Below are positions 29,179-39,985 of a stretch of DNA of 64,000 nt, piece by piece. The stretch's first letter is position 1; the number at the start of each line of letters is the position of its first letter. This stretch comes from Lytechinus pictus (taxonomy: Eukaryota). Made by a program: the position numbers and the translations under genes. Under the pieces are notes generated by a model. It ran no database searches and was not told the origin of the DNA. It saw only the letters and a list, made by a program, of their open reading frames with translations. The stretch is taken from NCBI RefSeq assembly GCF_037042905.1, contig NC_087255.1:5146001-5210000 (forward strand). Direction: 5' to 3'.

Positions 29179-29323
29179 GGGTCCGTTGCAGAAAGAGTTG
29201 CGTTAAAACGCAAGTCAAAAAATCAGTCGCAAGTCCCAAATGCGCGCTGTTGATTGGTTGAAAATCAAGTTGCGCATGATTTTTAGAGTTGCGATTGATT
29301 GCAACTCTTTCTGCAACGGGACC
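29179..29323. mobile_element. PIF/Harbinger-like MITE (145 bp), CTG TSD
   Basis: CTG|GGGTCCGTTGCAGAAAGAGTTGC ... GCAACTCTTTCTGCAACGGGACC|CTG. Sister copy at 52335-52478. Confidence 0.88.
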
Positions 29324-29628
29324 CTGTATGTGTGATTGAACTTCTGCTTCTTAGTCCAACTAATACAGCTATTGCAATTGAGTAAAATAATTTAACTTTA
29401 GTTGTATTCAACATCGGTCCCTACCTACATTAAGCATGCTAAGAAACAGTCATGGTCATACCGCCGAATCCAGATCCAGAACGACCGATGGTATGTCATT
29501 GGAAATAACTCAAAGGGCTGTGTTGGTGAGGGGTCACTTTCACCGGTTGGACGGCAGTATAACATCCTTCACCTTGTACTTATTCATACTTGTTCATTAT
29601 TTATTCAGCTAAAGGCCTATCATGTAGA

Positions 29629-29854
29629 TAATTTTCTGTCAGTTGTCTATTGATATTCATGTTGCTTTAGTCATGTTGTTTGTTTATGAATAAATAATAG
29701 AGAAGTGAATATTTGGTAAAATGTTTGATTTTCTGTTGGCTTAATTTTCTGTCAGTTGTCTATTGATATTCATGTTGATTTGGTCATGTTGTTTGTTTAT
29801 GAATAAATAATAAAGAAGTGAATATTTGGTAAAACGTTTGATTTTCTGTTGGCT
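29629..29854. repeat. Tandem duplication, 2 x 113 bp
   Basis: TAATTTTCTGTCAGTTGTCTATTGATATTCATGTTG... at 29629 and 29742, with few mismatches. Confidence 0.92.
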
Positions 29855-30035
29855 TTATTGGTAAAATCTTAATCGCCACTGGATTATTTTACCCACTGCT
29901 TGATTTCACTTTGTCCATAAACAGATAAACACATAATTATGTTCCTATTTCACCCGATATAGCATAAAGTTGAATTAGAGTAGGATTTCTTTTAATTGGT
30001 GATTTATGAATTTGTTTTTGTGTGTCTTCGTACAG

Positions 30036-31003
30036 GAGGAAATTCTGATCAGAAGAGAGCTCGCCTTGAAATCATCCGAGCTCCAGCCAGTCCATCATCA
30101 GCTAACCCTGCCCCATCTCACAGCCCAACCTGCCTACCAAGTCAAGACCATCGAGTATCTTCGCCAGATACACGGAGTCCACGTAGCGTCAGTGCAGGCA
30201 CCATGTCCCCAACCAAGTCACTATCACCAGTGGCTTCTCCTAGGATAGAGTCCGCAGAGCAGAGTGAAGGCATCAGGGCACCAGGCTTTGGCATGATCCA
30301 AACAGGATCTTCAATCGATTTCGAGCAAACCGATGGAAGGAGGTTGGGGTTAATGCAGCAGCAGTCTTCGAACACTGCGTCGGCTGCAGCAGCTCTTGCG
30401 TCAAGCGTCGCTGGGCAATCGGGACTTGGCACCGGGAAGGGCCAGCGACCACCGATAGAGGTTCTGTGTCGGTTGTTCCCAACGCAGAAGAGAGCCGTGC
30501 TTGAACTCATGCTCCAAGGCTGCGATGGCGACGTAGTACAGGCCATTGAACAACTCCTAAATTGCCAACGCGAAGGGTCTTCTTCTTCGTCATCGTCGTC
30601 GACGCCGTCAACAGCGTTGACCACAGACTCTGTCACGTATCCAACGACGACTACCACCGTTCCGTCTGTGGCCGAGCCACCATGTATCGCCCATCGCCCA
30701 TACTTATCTACAACTCCTGCGTGTACCGCAGGACTTAAATCTGCTTTCTCTCCCCTCACCGCTTCTCACGACAAGACTTTGATTCAACCACCGGTTACCC
30801 ATGCAGGGTTACCTCCCATGAGGTTAGCGTACCCGTCGTATCCCCGGGGGATCACGTTCTGGAACCCTTACACTTCGGCTATGATCCCAGCTGCGTTTGG
30901 TGTCCAACAGCAAGCAGAGTGCCACTTCAACGGTATCATGGGAGGACCAAGGAAAGACAACACCAGACCCAACGGTGCTTTCGGTGGCGGAAGTCCATGG
31001 TAA
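30036..31003 (+). CDS. dmrta2: 3' coding exon of a DMRT-A family (doublesex/mab-3-related, DMRTA2/Dmrt4/5-like) transcription factor containing the DMA domain; partial, no DM domain in window
   Basis: Acceptor TTTGTTTTTGTGTGTCTTCGTACAG|G at 30035/30036 (phase 1). Open frame to TAA at 31001-31003. RPPIEVLCRLFPTQKRAVLELMLQGCDGDVVQAIEQLL matches the DMA (CUE-like) domain and GLKSAFSPL matches the SAFSPL motif of DMRTA proteins. GC content jumps relative to the flanks. The exact paralogue (DMRT4/5 vs Dmrt93B vs DMRT3) is uncertain. Confidence 0.9.
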
Positions 31004-33181
31004 GTCGCAATGGTTTTCTCAAAGGCACAATCCACTTCCCGTTACTTCCGGACAAGTGCTAAGAGAAAATGCATTTTCCGCTGAATTCTTCTCACAATTT
31101 ACGTGAATATATTTCCTCAAAGACGGATAAAATGAAAGACAAACTTTATCCAGAGTGGGCGTAACTCCTTTCTGAAAGACGAATCAGGGACGCCACAAGA
31201 GCCTTTATTTTATGTTAGAAGGAGATATAGGGACCAAGATCAGAGAATAAATCTTCCACTTAGGGGAAATCTATACAATATGTTTGCAAGAGATCGGGAT
31301 GTTGTGTGTACTTATCCCTGAAATATCCCCGTACTAAAATGTTTACTTCATAATCATTCAGAAAGTTATGATATCATCATTATTATCATATTCATGGTTT
31401 TCTTCAATATTCAAAATTTTATACTTTTGCACCACGCTAATAACCTAACTTTGTGAAGTCTTAGGGAGGAATGTCTTCGAATAAAATCTGTTTAGAATCT
31501 CTGCATGGAAAACATTTTCTAACTCTTTAGGCATTTCTGTTTAAACAAAAATTTCTCGTTCCTCCGCTTATTTCATTAGTCAAATTGTACAAATTTATAT
31601 TCCGTTATATCATTCCAGTACATTGCATTCTCGTGAGACATTGCAAAATGACGATTCCGATGGCATTTTAAATCTCGAAAGAAGAAAGTATAACCCAACG
31701 GTGAAAGATGGAAATAGAAGCAATTCATGGTAATAGCCTCTAAAAAAATCTATATTGAACCTGTCAAAAATGCAGTCATTACAGCCCAATCTTTTCGAGG
31801 GAGTAGAACATAAAAGAGAGATGAAATTGGCGTAAAAGTAGTCGGGTGGTACATTGATAGTGAAAGTAGTCATCATGCGACAAATAAATGCGGCGTGGGG
31901 TTCATTTGCTTTCTCCAGGAAATTAGTTCCACATAAAATCAAGGAAATGTATGATTTAATTGCTACACCTTCTGACTGTTTAACTTTTTGTGTTAGTACA
32001 CATTGGCAAATCTTTAACCCTACTCAGACGGCAAGGGTCTCTTGTCCACTAAAAAGCGAATGTAAGGAATTCGTGGCAGGGGACTGGAAGGGTTTATGAC
32101 TCTGAAAGCGAAGGACAAGCAACCGTGATTTGATTAAAAGTCTGCTCATTTGAATCAAAGTGTTGCTTGTAGCTCGAAAATGCGAGAAATTGTGCGATTG
32201 ACTCGAAGTATTTCTTCGATAAACTGGAAGCTGGCGGGTACATGGAAACAGAATAAGAAGTCACATCGACTGTGATTCATGCCTTATTTGATAATAGCAT
32301 GGATGTTTAGACCGTTTAGTGCTAAACAGTTTCCCCAAGATTTAATTTGTTTACAAAGGTCCAGTGCCACAATGACACAAGTTGCGTCAACAATCGTGAA
32401 TGCTTCACGAAGGAAAAACGTTATCCAACTCTGCGCGTATCCTATTCTGGAAATATCTCCTTTGACATTTAAACAATCTAATTTAAATAATCAAATCGGG
32501 GGTAATTCAAGTGAAAAAGCACGCACATATTATAATATGATTGCCCCTTTTCAGCCTATGTTAAAGTAATGTGGCGGTGCATATTACCAACTTCCTATTG
32601 TAAGTTTAAATCGACTTCATTTAAATGTTAAACTGAACCTCTTAATTATCATATTATTTAATGAGGCCGACAAAATGTCAGCCCTCGTTCCTTTGTACTT
32701 TCCCTGTTCGGAGTGCATATTTATATCTGAATTCATCGTTTGTTAAATTGATTTTCTTAAAACAGGTAAAAGGAATAGATGTTGTAGAATGAATTTTCCA
32801 CCCCTCCTACCCCCCCCCCCCACCCTGCTCGTCAAGAAAGAAGCAATCATAGATTTGGATTCATTTCGGTTTATTGCAAAAAAAACTTTCCTAGTTAAAA
32901 ACAGTCGGGAGACAGATACAAACAAAGGATACAAAGTAGACACAAATTCATAATTTGATAAGTGAAGCAAAATTAATGTACATGCCACAAAACACTCAAA
33001 ATATTTCAAGGAGGCACGTTTACAAAAGTTGAAATAGTAAGGATACTGATATTGTGATTTTTTAATGCTTGTTTACTCATTACTGGACACAGTATGGGAT
33101 TTTTTTTAAATAGTTTTACCATCATCTTTTAACCCTTCATATGACTTCTATAAACAAACTGATAAATTATATTCTTAATGA

Positions 33182-33220
33182 AATAAAACTATGGCGTGTA
33201 CGGTGTTGTTTCTTTCATTT
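33182..33220 (+). terminator. Candidate distal polyadenylation signal of the DMRT transcript (implies ~2.2-kb 3' UTR)
   Basis: AATAAA at 33182-33187 is followed by GT/T-rich GGTGTTGTTTCTTT. I recognised no TEs in 31004-33200, and they resume right after. Proximal AATAAA also occurs at ~31246 and ~31480. Confidence 0.4.
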
Positions 33221-33577
33221 ACATTTAAGAGATTGTGAATATTCTTTTTAATTCGTTGGCCTCACTCATTTATGTGTGAATAATATTCGATTTTTACCTC
33301 AGTACACCAGTCGTCCGAAGGAGCCCGTGTTACAAAGGGTTGCGTTTGAACCAATGCACAAAAATAGAGCGTAAATCCCAAATGAACCTCGAATCTTTAA
33401 AAAATCAAGAAAAGTTTGAGTTCGTAAGTGACATTTAATTACAAAACTTTCTGAATCGGGCCACCGGTCAAATGTACATGATGTTTGTCTTGTATTATAA
33501 ACATACATCGTGATCTTATATTATTTATCCCCTTTGTGATATGCATCCTTATGATCCGAAACGGTCATGTAGCCCTG

Positions 33578-34063
33578 TGCCACGTCTTACAAAGAGTTGC
33601 GATTGATCCGATCAACCACAAATAGGGAAAGCCAGAATGTCATCATCTGAATGCACAAATATTAAACTATTTTTCTAGATATGATGTGTACACTCTTAGA
33701 AAAGGTTTACACAATACTGGGTACAATGGGAACATGCATGTTTGCCGGGTAAAATGATACCAAATACGTTGTAAATTTTACGCACTGTTGCGGTGAATCT
33801 CTTAAAGATGCATTTTGCCCAATATGGGGGTAAAATAACCCAACAAACATGCATGTTAACTTTCTACACAATAGTGGGTGAATTTTTACTCAATCTTTTT
33901 TTAGAGTGTATTAATACATTCATTGCTTTCATGAAAAAAGAGGGGTTTCTCTGTGTTTACAAAGGACATTGCGCAAAAGTCCTGTAGGAAAAAAATGACA
34001 CTGATGGTTTTCCATACATTTGAGTTTGATCGGATCAGTCGTAACTCTTTGTAAGACGGGAAC
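33578..34063. mobile_element. Harbinger-like MITE (CTG TSD) carrying a nested CAC-MITE
   Basis: CTG|...CGTCTTACAAAGAGTTGCGATTGATCCGATCAA ... TTGATCGGATCAGTCGTAACTCTTTGTAAGACG...|CTG. Confidence 0.8.
33691..33908. mobile_element. CAC-terminal MITE, TA TSD, nested in 33578-34063
   Basis: TA|CACTCTTAGAAAAGG ... TCTTTTTTAGAGTG|TA. Internal AACATGCATGTT in both arms. Confidence 0.8.
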
Positions 34064-34066
34064 CTG

Positions 34067-34240
34067 GTGGGTGTTTCGTAAAGATGTTTGTAAGATAAGA
34101 GCGACTTTAAGAACGACTGGGTTTTCCTTTCTTTTGGTAAATGGTATACACCATTGGCGATGGTTTAGCGTGTAAGAAAGGTTCACCAGTCTTTCTTAAA
34201 GTCGGCTTAACTTACGAACAGCTTCATGAAACGACCCCTC
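34067..34240. mobile_element. Second Harbinger-like MITE abutting the first
   Basis: GTGGGTGTTTCGTAAAGATGTTTGTAAG...GACTTTAAGAACGACTGG / CCAGTCTTTCTTAAAGTCG...CTTACGAACAGCTTCATGAAACGACCCC. CTG at 34064-34066 and 34241-34243. Confidence 0.75.
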
Positions 34241-34374
34241 CTGGAATATATTTGTGTTCACATGTACCTTTGCCATGGTTATAAATCCAGCTTCCATTTC
34301 TGTTTCTTGTGTTTCCTTCATCTCTCAGAACCTCACACACCATTCACCATTGTCAGCTGAATTCGCGAAAGGTT

Positions 34375-34880
34375 CAGGAAGAAACATGTTCTCCTACATC
34401 GAAGGTCTCCAAGTTGTGAGCTTACCTGATACCGGACTGGGATTAACTGTGAACTGTCCAATCTTTCTAAACATCTTGGTTGTCATTGCGTCCCAGAGTC
34501 TTGGCACATGATCAGGCCATGGAGCTATTAACACAGACTCCATGATCAGACGGAACATCACTTTGAACAGGAATGGGTTATGTTTTCCAGCAACGGAAGT
34601 CTCCAAGTTGTGAGCGTACCTGATATGGACTGGGATTAATTGTATTTTAAAAATCTCCACAACTTTTCTTAACAAGGTAACATCCAAGCTTCTTGGCGCT
34701 TTATATGATGGAACATCACTTAGGACAAGAACAGACTATGTTTCCAACAAAGGATATCTCTAAGTTGTGAGCATACCTGAAATAGATGGGGATTAATTGA
34801 AATGTGTTCATCTGTTCTGAACAAGGTAGCATCCCAGTTTTGGGGGCAAATCGTCTGATGGATCTTCACTTTAAACACAC
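34375..34880. repeat. Old degenerate tandem repeat, ~3 units of ~157 bp
   Basis: TCTCYAAGTTGTGAGCNTACCTGA...GGGATTAA core, with AAGTTGTGAG at 34411, 34605 and 34762. Confidence 0.8.
34518..34544. mobile_element. 27-bp micro-insertion with CATGGAG/CTCCATG ends and 7-bp TSD (P-like footprint)
   Basis: ATCAGGC|CATGGAGCTATTAACACAGACTCCATG|ATCAGAC. Absent from the paralogous repeat units. Confidence 0.7.
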
Positions 34881-35503
34881 CGAGGATTTTATTGATTCAT
34901 GGGACAGTTCATCCGAAAGGATGTTTTCTTTTCAAATGAAAAGATATATTGATTATTGATGAAATAGTTTGAAAAGTTTTATGTCATTTTCACGCTACGG
35001 CGCCTCGTGTTCATCAGCAATTTGGGGAAGCTGCGTCTATAGCATTCTAATTGACTTTTTCATTTTACCTGCGGAATTCATGTTGTAGCTGTGGACATAA
35101 CTTTTTAGAAAAAAAGGAAATTAGACCTGTTTCTACTGGTGAAAATTGAAATGCTGTACAGAAATCCACATGATTATCGCTATAAGCTACTTAATGCGTA
35201 AGCATATTAATTTCATCATTGCAATATACTACCGAGAATGTTTATTTCTTTTCTTATTTCATCGTTGCTAAGAATGACTTTTTGTTATCCAAACCAGGAC
35301 GTCTATTAATTTAGCATATTTAGGCAGGAGTGATCACGTCGATTAGAAACTTTTTTTTCATTTCTCTTATTCATATTCATTCTGCTTTGTACTTTGTTTG
35401 AAATAAAGAAGAAGAATAAATTCAATCATAAATTCAATCAAACAACACGGTCGTGAAATATCTTGTAGTATGGAGTCTGCTGCCATATTGAGTTGGTATA
35501 GCC

Positions 35504-35762
35504 TAAGGGTGGAAATCTCTCCCCAAAAGTAGGGGGACCAGAGACTGGAAAATTTGACAAGCAAAAAAAAAGGGGGGGGGGGTTAACACCCAAAAAGGTA
35601 ATCTCGTCAAAAATACATGTTTTATTTAGAATTTGAATGATGTATTTCTTTCCATCATAAAAGACCAAAAATAGTAGGGGGACATTTGATATTGTGTCCT
35701 CCCTACTATTTTGGGTAGGGGGCGCACCCCCCCCCCTGTCCCCCCTGGTATTTCCGCCCATG
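35504..35762. mobile_element. hAT-like MITE (259 bp)
   Basis: TAAGGGTGGAAAT ... ATTTCCGCCCATG. 8-bp TSD GTATAGCC/GTATAGCT. The left end matches CAGGGGCGGAAATCTCTCCCAAAAGGTAGGGGG at 62441. Confidence 0.82.
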
Positions 35763-35935
35763 GTATAGCTCAACTTTGTTGCCAGATGAGCAACAAATGC
35801 TTGTAAGACATAAAAGAAAAAACACTTGATATTAAATATTAATACTTCATATGGTACTCGTGCGTAGACTTTCGAACCCATGTTATTCGGATTTAGGACC
35901 AGGCTCCTTGGCCGCAGTTGTTCACGCTAATGTGA

Positions 35936-36100
35936 GGGCGCAGTCACATTCCTCCTATATGGGGTCGTACGGGGAGTCGAAAGCAACCGTTTTGTTCATT
36001 TTTATTCAAACCACCTATATGTGGCTGGTACAAAAAAATGTTAAAAACGGTTGATTTCGACTCGCCGTACGCCCACCATAGGGGAAATGTGACTGCGCCA
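35936..36100. mobile_element. Harbinger-like palindromic MITE
   Basis: GGCGCAGTCACATT...CGTACGG.GAGTCGAAA.CAACCGTTTT and its inverted copy. TGA/TAA flanks. Confidence 0.8.
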
Positions 36101-36469
36101 TAAAGGCCCTGCTATTTAATGTTCAACAACAGGGACTAGTTTAAAGGGTGACATGATATTTGCTCCGGTCTTAATATCTAAGAGGGCATAGAGTTAGGAT
36201 TGTTAATAATAGAGTTTTCGGTTCAGAATAATGTAAAGATACGGATTAGAGTTTTTTTTTGTTTTGACGGGTAGAATTTATGCATGGCTTAACGTGCAGA
36301 TTTTCCATCGGAGCAATTGTCGCCGATGGTGGTATAGGACACGATTTAATAACAGCAAAGTTTAACATGATGATATATAAACCGCGTCAGGATCTTTAAA
36401 TGTGATCATAGATCCCACAGTGTGTCCAGTGAATATTGGGGAAAATTTTTTTTCCCTCCTGACCATCAG

Positions 36470-36624
36470 GAGCCTGTTGCATAAAACTTTTTACCTGAGA
36501 AAACTCTGGTAAGAACTGAAAACTAAGGTTAGTCTGATTTCTGCCATTGACTTTAACACAGGGCAAAAACTCCGATAAAAAAAACCTGAGTTTTCTCAGG
36601 TAAAAAGTTTTATGCAACGGGCCC
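36470..36624. mobile_element. Harbinger-like MITE (155 bp), CAG TSD
   Basis: CAG|GAGCCTGTTGCATAAAACTTTTTACCTGAGAAAACTC ... GAGTTTTCTCAGGTAAAAAGTTTTATGCAACGGGCCC|CAG. Confidence 0.9.
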
Positions 36625-38042
36625 CAGGACTACTTAGCAATAATCCGACCTGCTTTTATTCATGTCCAAACAACATGTGACTTTTCTTGATACAAGCACA
36701 ACCAACTTTGGCAGAACTAATATCATCTTTTAATATTCGAAATAGCCAATGCAGTGGCGATTCACATTATGAAAGTATTCGCATGATACACAATTGGTAA
36801 CTGTCCATTAAATTCTAGAATTACTGTGTCACCCTTCTTCGAACTTTGTATGAGGGCGAAAAGAAAATACACCAATCGAGGAATAAAATCTTTAAAAATA
36901 CACCTTAATATGTCTGCACTTCTTGGTTAAAATAAAATGGTTCAGCCAAGTAAGAAATCTTATTTTCACTATCTAAACGACCTTGAGTGTAAATTATGTA
37001 TTCAAGTTAATTCCCCACAAATGCAATGATTGTTCAATAATTTACAAATGGAGCTTGTTACGACTATCAGAAAACAGCCAAGAAGCAAAATTAAATACCA
37101 CCAAAGGTTTGTGATCACCTTTTGATTAAAGTACATAAGTTAAACAAATAGAATTGTGTTCTTACTCGTTCAGAGTAAATATATGAATACTAACTTTAAG
37201 TAAGGCCGGTTAACTGTATGCTTTAAGACCAGAGTCGACCTGATTTGACTTTAAATCGTAAATTGTCGTGTGCTTTGACTCATTACGATTAGGAATGGAA
37301 TTCTAGCAACGGCCTCGGATGTGTAAGTTTAAGTTTATACCACGTACAGCAATGGCCAGAATATGGTTCATATTTTTCTTTCATTTATTCTTTTTGTTTG
37401 CATATTAATATCAAATACTTTAATGGGTTTTACGACTAATCGAGTCACGTGAGTATACGCGAAACCCAGAAGTACGTGATTTATATCTTCTTCATCTGTT
37501 GATTTTGACTGACGATCAGTCATATTTGACTATTGTCGCCATAATCGTATCCATTCATATTAAGTAAGGTATCGTGCATGGAAGGCACAAAAAGGAAATT
37601 TATTTTGTTAAGCTCGACCATGTAGTGGAGGATCATGAACTTTGCTATCTTAAAATACTCAGAAAATTTGAAGATTCACTGTTTTTCCCTTTCTCAGGCG
37701 TTCATACATTCATACGGAAGGGGTATCTCTCTCTCTGCATGAAATAAATGATAGAATTACGTTGTTGAATATAGAATAAACTTGTTGAAAATTGTAATTG
37801 AATGTATTCGTCTCGTTCATAAATAAGGGCAGTAAGAAAGGTTGCCTAGAGTGACAAAAAATAGCTAAGACATTAATTAATGTTTTTTTTTGTAAATATT
37901 GTATTTCTCCAGAAACGGATTCAATGTAAGTAATAAATATAAGTATCTGTTAACAAATTAGATTTTAGTGTCTGTCTTGCATTGCTTTTAATGAATTCAT
38001 TTACAAGCTAAGAGATGAGTAGGTAAACCATGAGCGAAGGAG

Positions 38043-38370
38043 GGATGGATTGAATGAATGAATGGATGGATTGATGAGTGGATGAATTAGTGAATGGATA
38101 AATGGATGACGAATGTATGAATGAATGAATGAATGAATGAACAAATGGATGGATGAATGAGTGAATGGATAAATGGATGTATGAATGAATGAATGAATGA
38201 ACAAATGGATGGATCATGGAGCTATAGCTCCATGGATAGATAAATGGATTGATGAATGGTGAATGAGTGAATGGATAAATGAATGTATTAGTGAATGAAT
38301 GAATCGATGTTAGGATGGATGGAATGGTAGGCGGATCATGAATGAACGAACGAACAAACGAATATGAATG
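38043..38370. repeat. (GAAT/GGAT)n compound microsatellite
   Basis: Direct reading. It produces the spurious HSFIHSFI ORFs. Confidence 0.92.
38215..38234. mobile_element. 20-bp perfect palindrome insert (P-like footprint)
   Basis: GATGGAT|CATGGAGCTATAGCTCCATG|GATAGAT interrupts the microsatellite. Confidence 0.55.
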
Positions 38371-39679
38371 GAAACGATGAAAAAGAGTATATGAAATTAA
38401 TGATAGGAACGATAATCCCAAATTCATAATTGAATGAAAGTCGTCAATGAAAATCCGAACAATTCCCTGACGGTTGCACTTTCCGAGCATGCAATGTGAC
38501 TATTTATACACTTGTTCACCACAAAATCAGTTTAACAAGAATTTATTGGCTTCGGGCAATCTCAGCACACACCAGCTATTAAAAAGGCCGAGTTATGGAA
38601 AGGGGGAGGGGGCTGATGGTAGACTGTGAGGGGAAAAAATGTGGACTTGAGGTGTTCTTGAAAGGCTACTTCTAATTATGGCAGGTTGAAATGTTTTAGC
38701 AGCGCATAATGCTAATTGAACATGATCGATGCATGAAGACAATGTGTTGATCTAGCACCCCTTCAGGCCACACCGGATGTGTGCGAGGAGCTCGTTTTTT
38801 GGTCATGAACACGGCCGGTGAGCGCTCTTAATTCGGATCTTGACATGAAGTTTGGCTCTCACTGACAGCTCCTCGCTGTGCAGACAAATTGATTCCCACC
38901 CCCTAAATACCTCAGCCATCTCGACCAATGTCACTCTTCTCCTTTTTTGCTCTCAACTTTTCCTTGTTAATTATACTCTTTTTCATGTCCGTTTCTACAT
39001 CTCTCATTTTCCTTTTTCGTTTCCTCTCCCCCCCCCCCACTCTCTCTCCAACTGTCTTTCCTTCTATCTTACCCTCTGTGATTTTTACCTGATGTTTCTT
39101 TAGGTCCATGTCTTAGCCCCCCCCCCCCCCTCACCCACACACAGTCACACAGTCACACACGCACATAAGCACCCGCACCTCACCGTATACACACATATTT
39201 TTTGCGTCTATCTCATGTCACACACAGTCACATCCACATGCGAACACACTATCACTATCATACACACCCACAAACATGCACACACCTCGGTCCCACCCAC
39301 ATCTACTCACATTCACGTATATACACCCACATCTCACACCTCTTCACTGTTTGATTTCATCCTCCATTCATTCTCTCCCAACTTCAGTTATTCAGTTTAT
39401 TTCCCCACTGTTCTTCATTTCCCTTTTCTGTAGTAAATTCGGGAACCCCTGGGGACGTTGTGTCAAAATGATTTTTTTTTTCGTACCAAGTCTGAGGAAA
39501 ATTTGAGCGCGAAAAAACTATACCTGAAGATAATAGAGAGACAGACAGAGATTGAAATTATAGGAAGTATTTATAAATTAAATACGGGAGATGCATGTAT
39601 ATAGAACTTGGGACAGAGAGAAGTAAAAAGAAATAGAGATTTAGGTTTCCATTGGTATCAGTAACATCGTAAAAGACGA

Positions 39680-39985
39680 GATGATGATGATAACGAGAAT
39701 GATGACGGTAATGATGATACTTACCTAGATAATAAAGACAACAACGATGATAACAAAAATGATGATGATGGTGATAGTGATAGTAAAAAATTGATTATAA
39801 CACCACTGCAACTACTACTACTAATATTATTATTAATACAAATCATTATCAAAACTTATAGCTTTAATAATGATAGTAATGATGATAAGATAATGATAAT
39901 ACCAAATAAAATAAACATTATAATCATGATGATGATTTGTAAGAATTATTGATAGTAATAGTCATTTTAATGATAATGATCAAAA
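39680..39985. repeat. Degenerate (GAT/AAT)n low-complexity tract
   Basis: Direct reading. Confidence 0.75.

Noticed and set aside
29996-30035. N-terminal MVIYEFVFVCLRT of the 335-aa ORF
   Set aside because: It starts at a non-ATG codon and translates the polypyrimidine tract and acceptor, so it is intronic.
30142-30759. 205-aa ORF antisense to the DMRT exon
   Set aside because: Shadow ORF of a GC-rich coding exon, with no recognisable domain.
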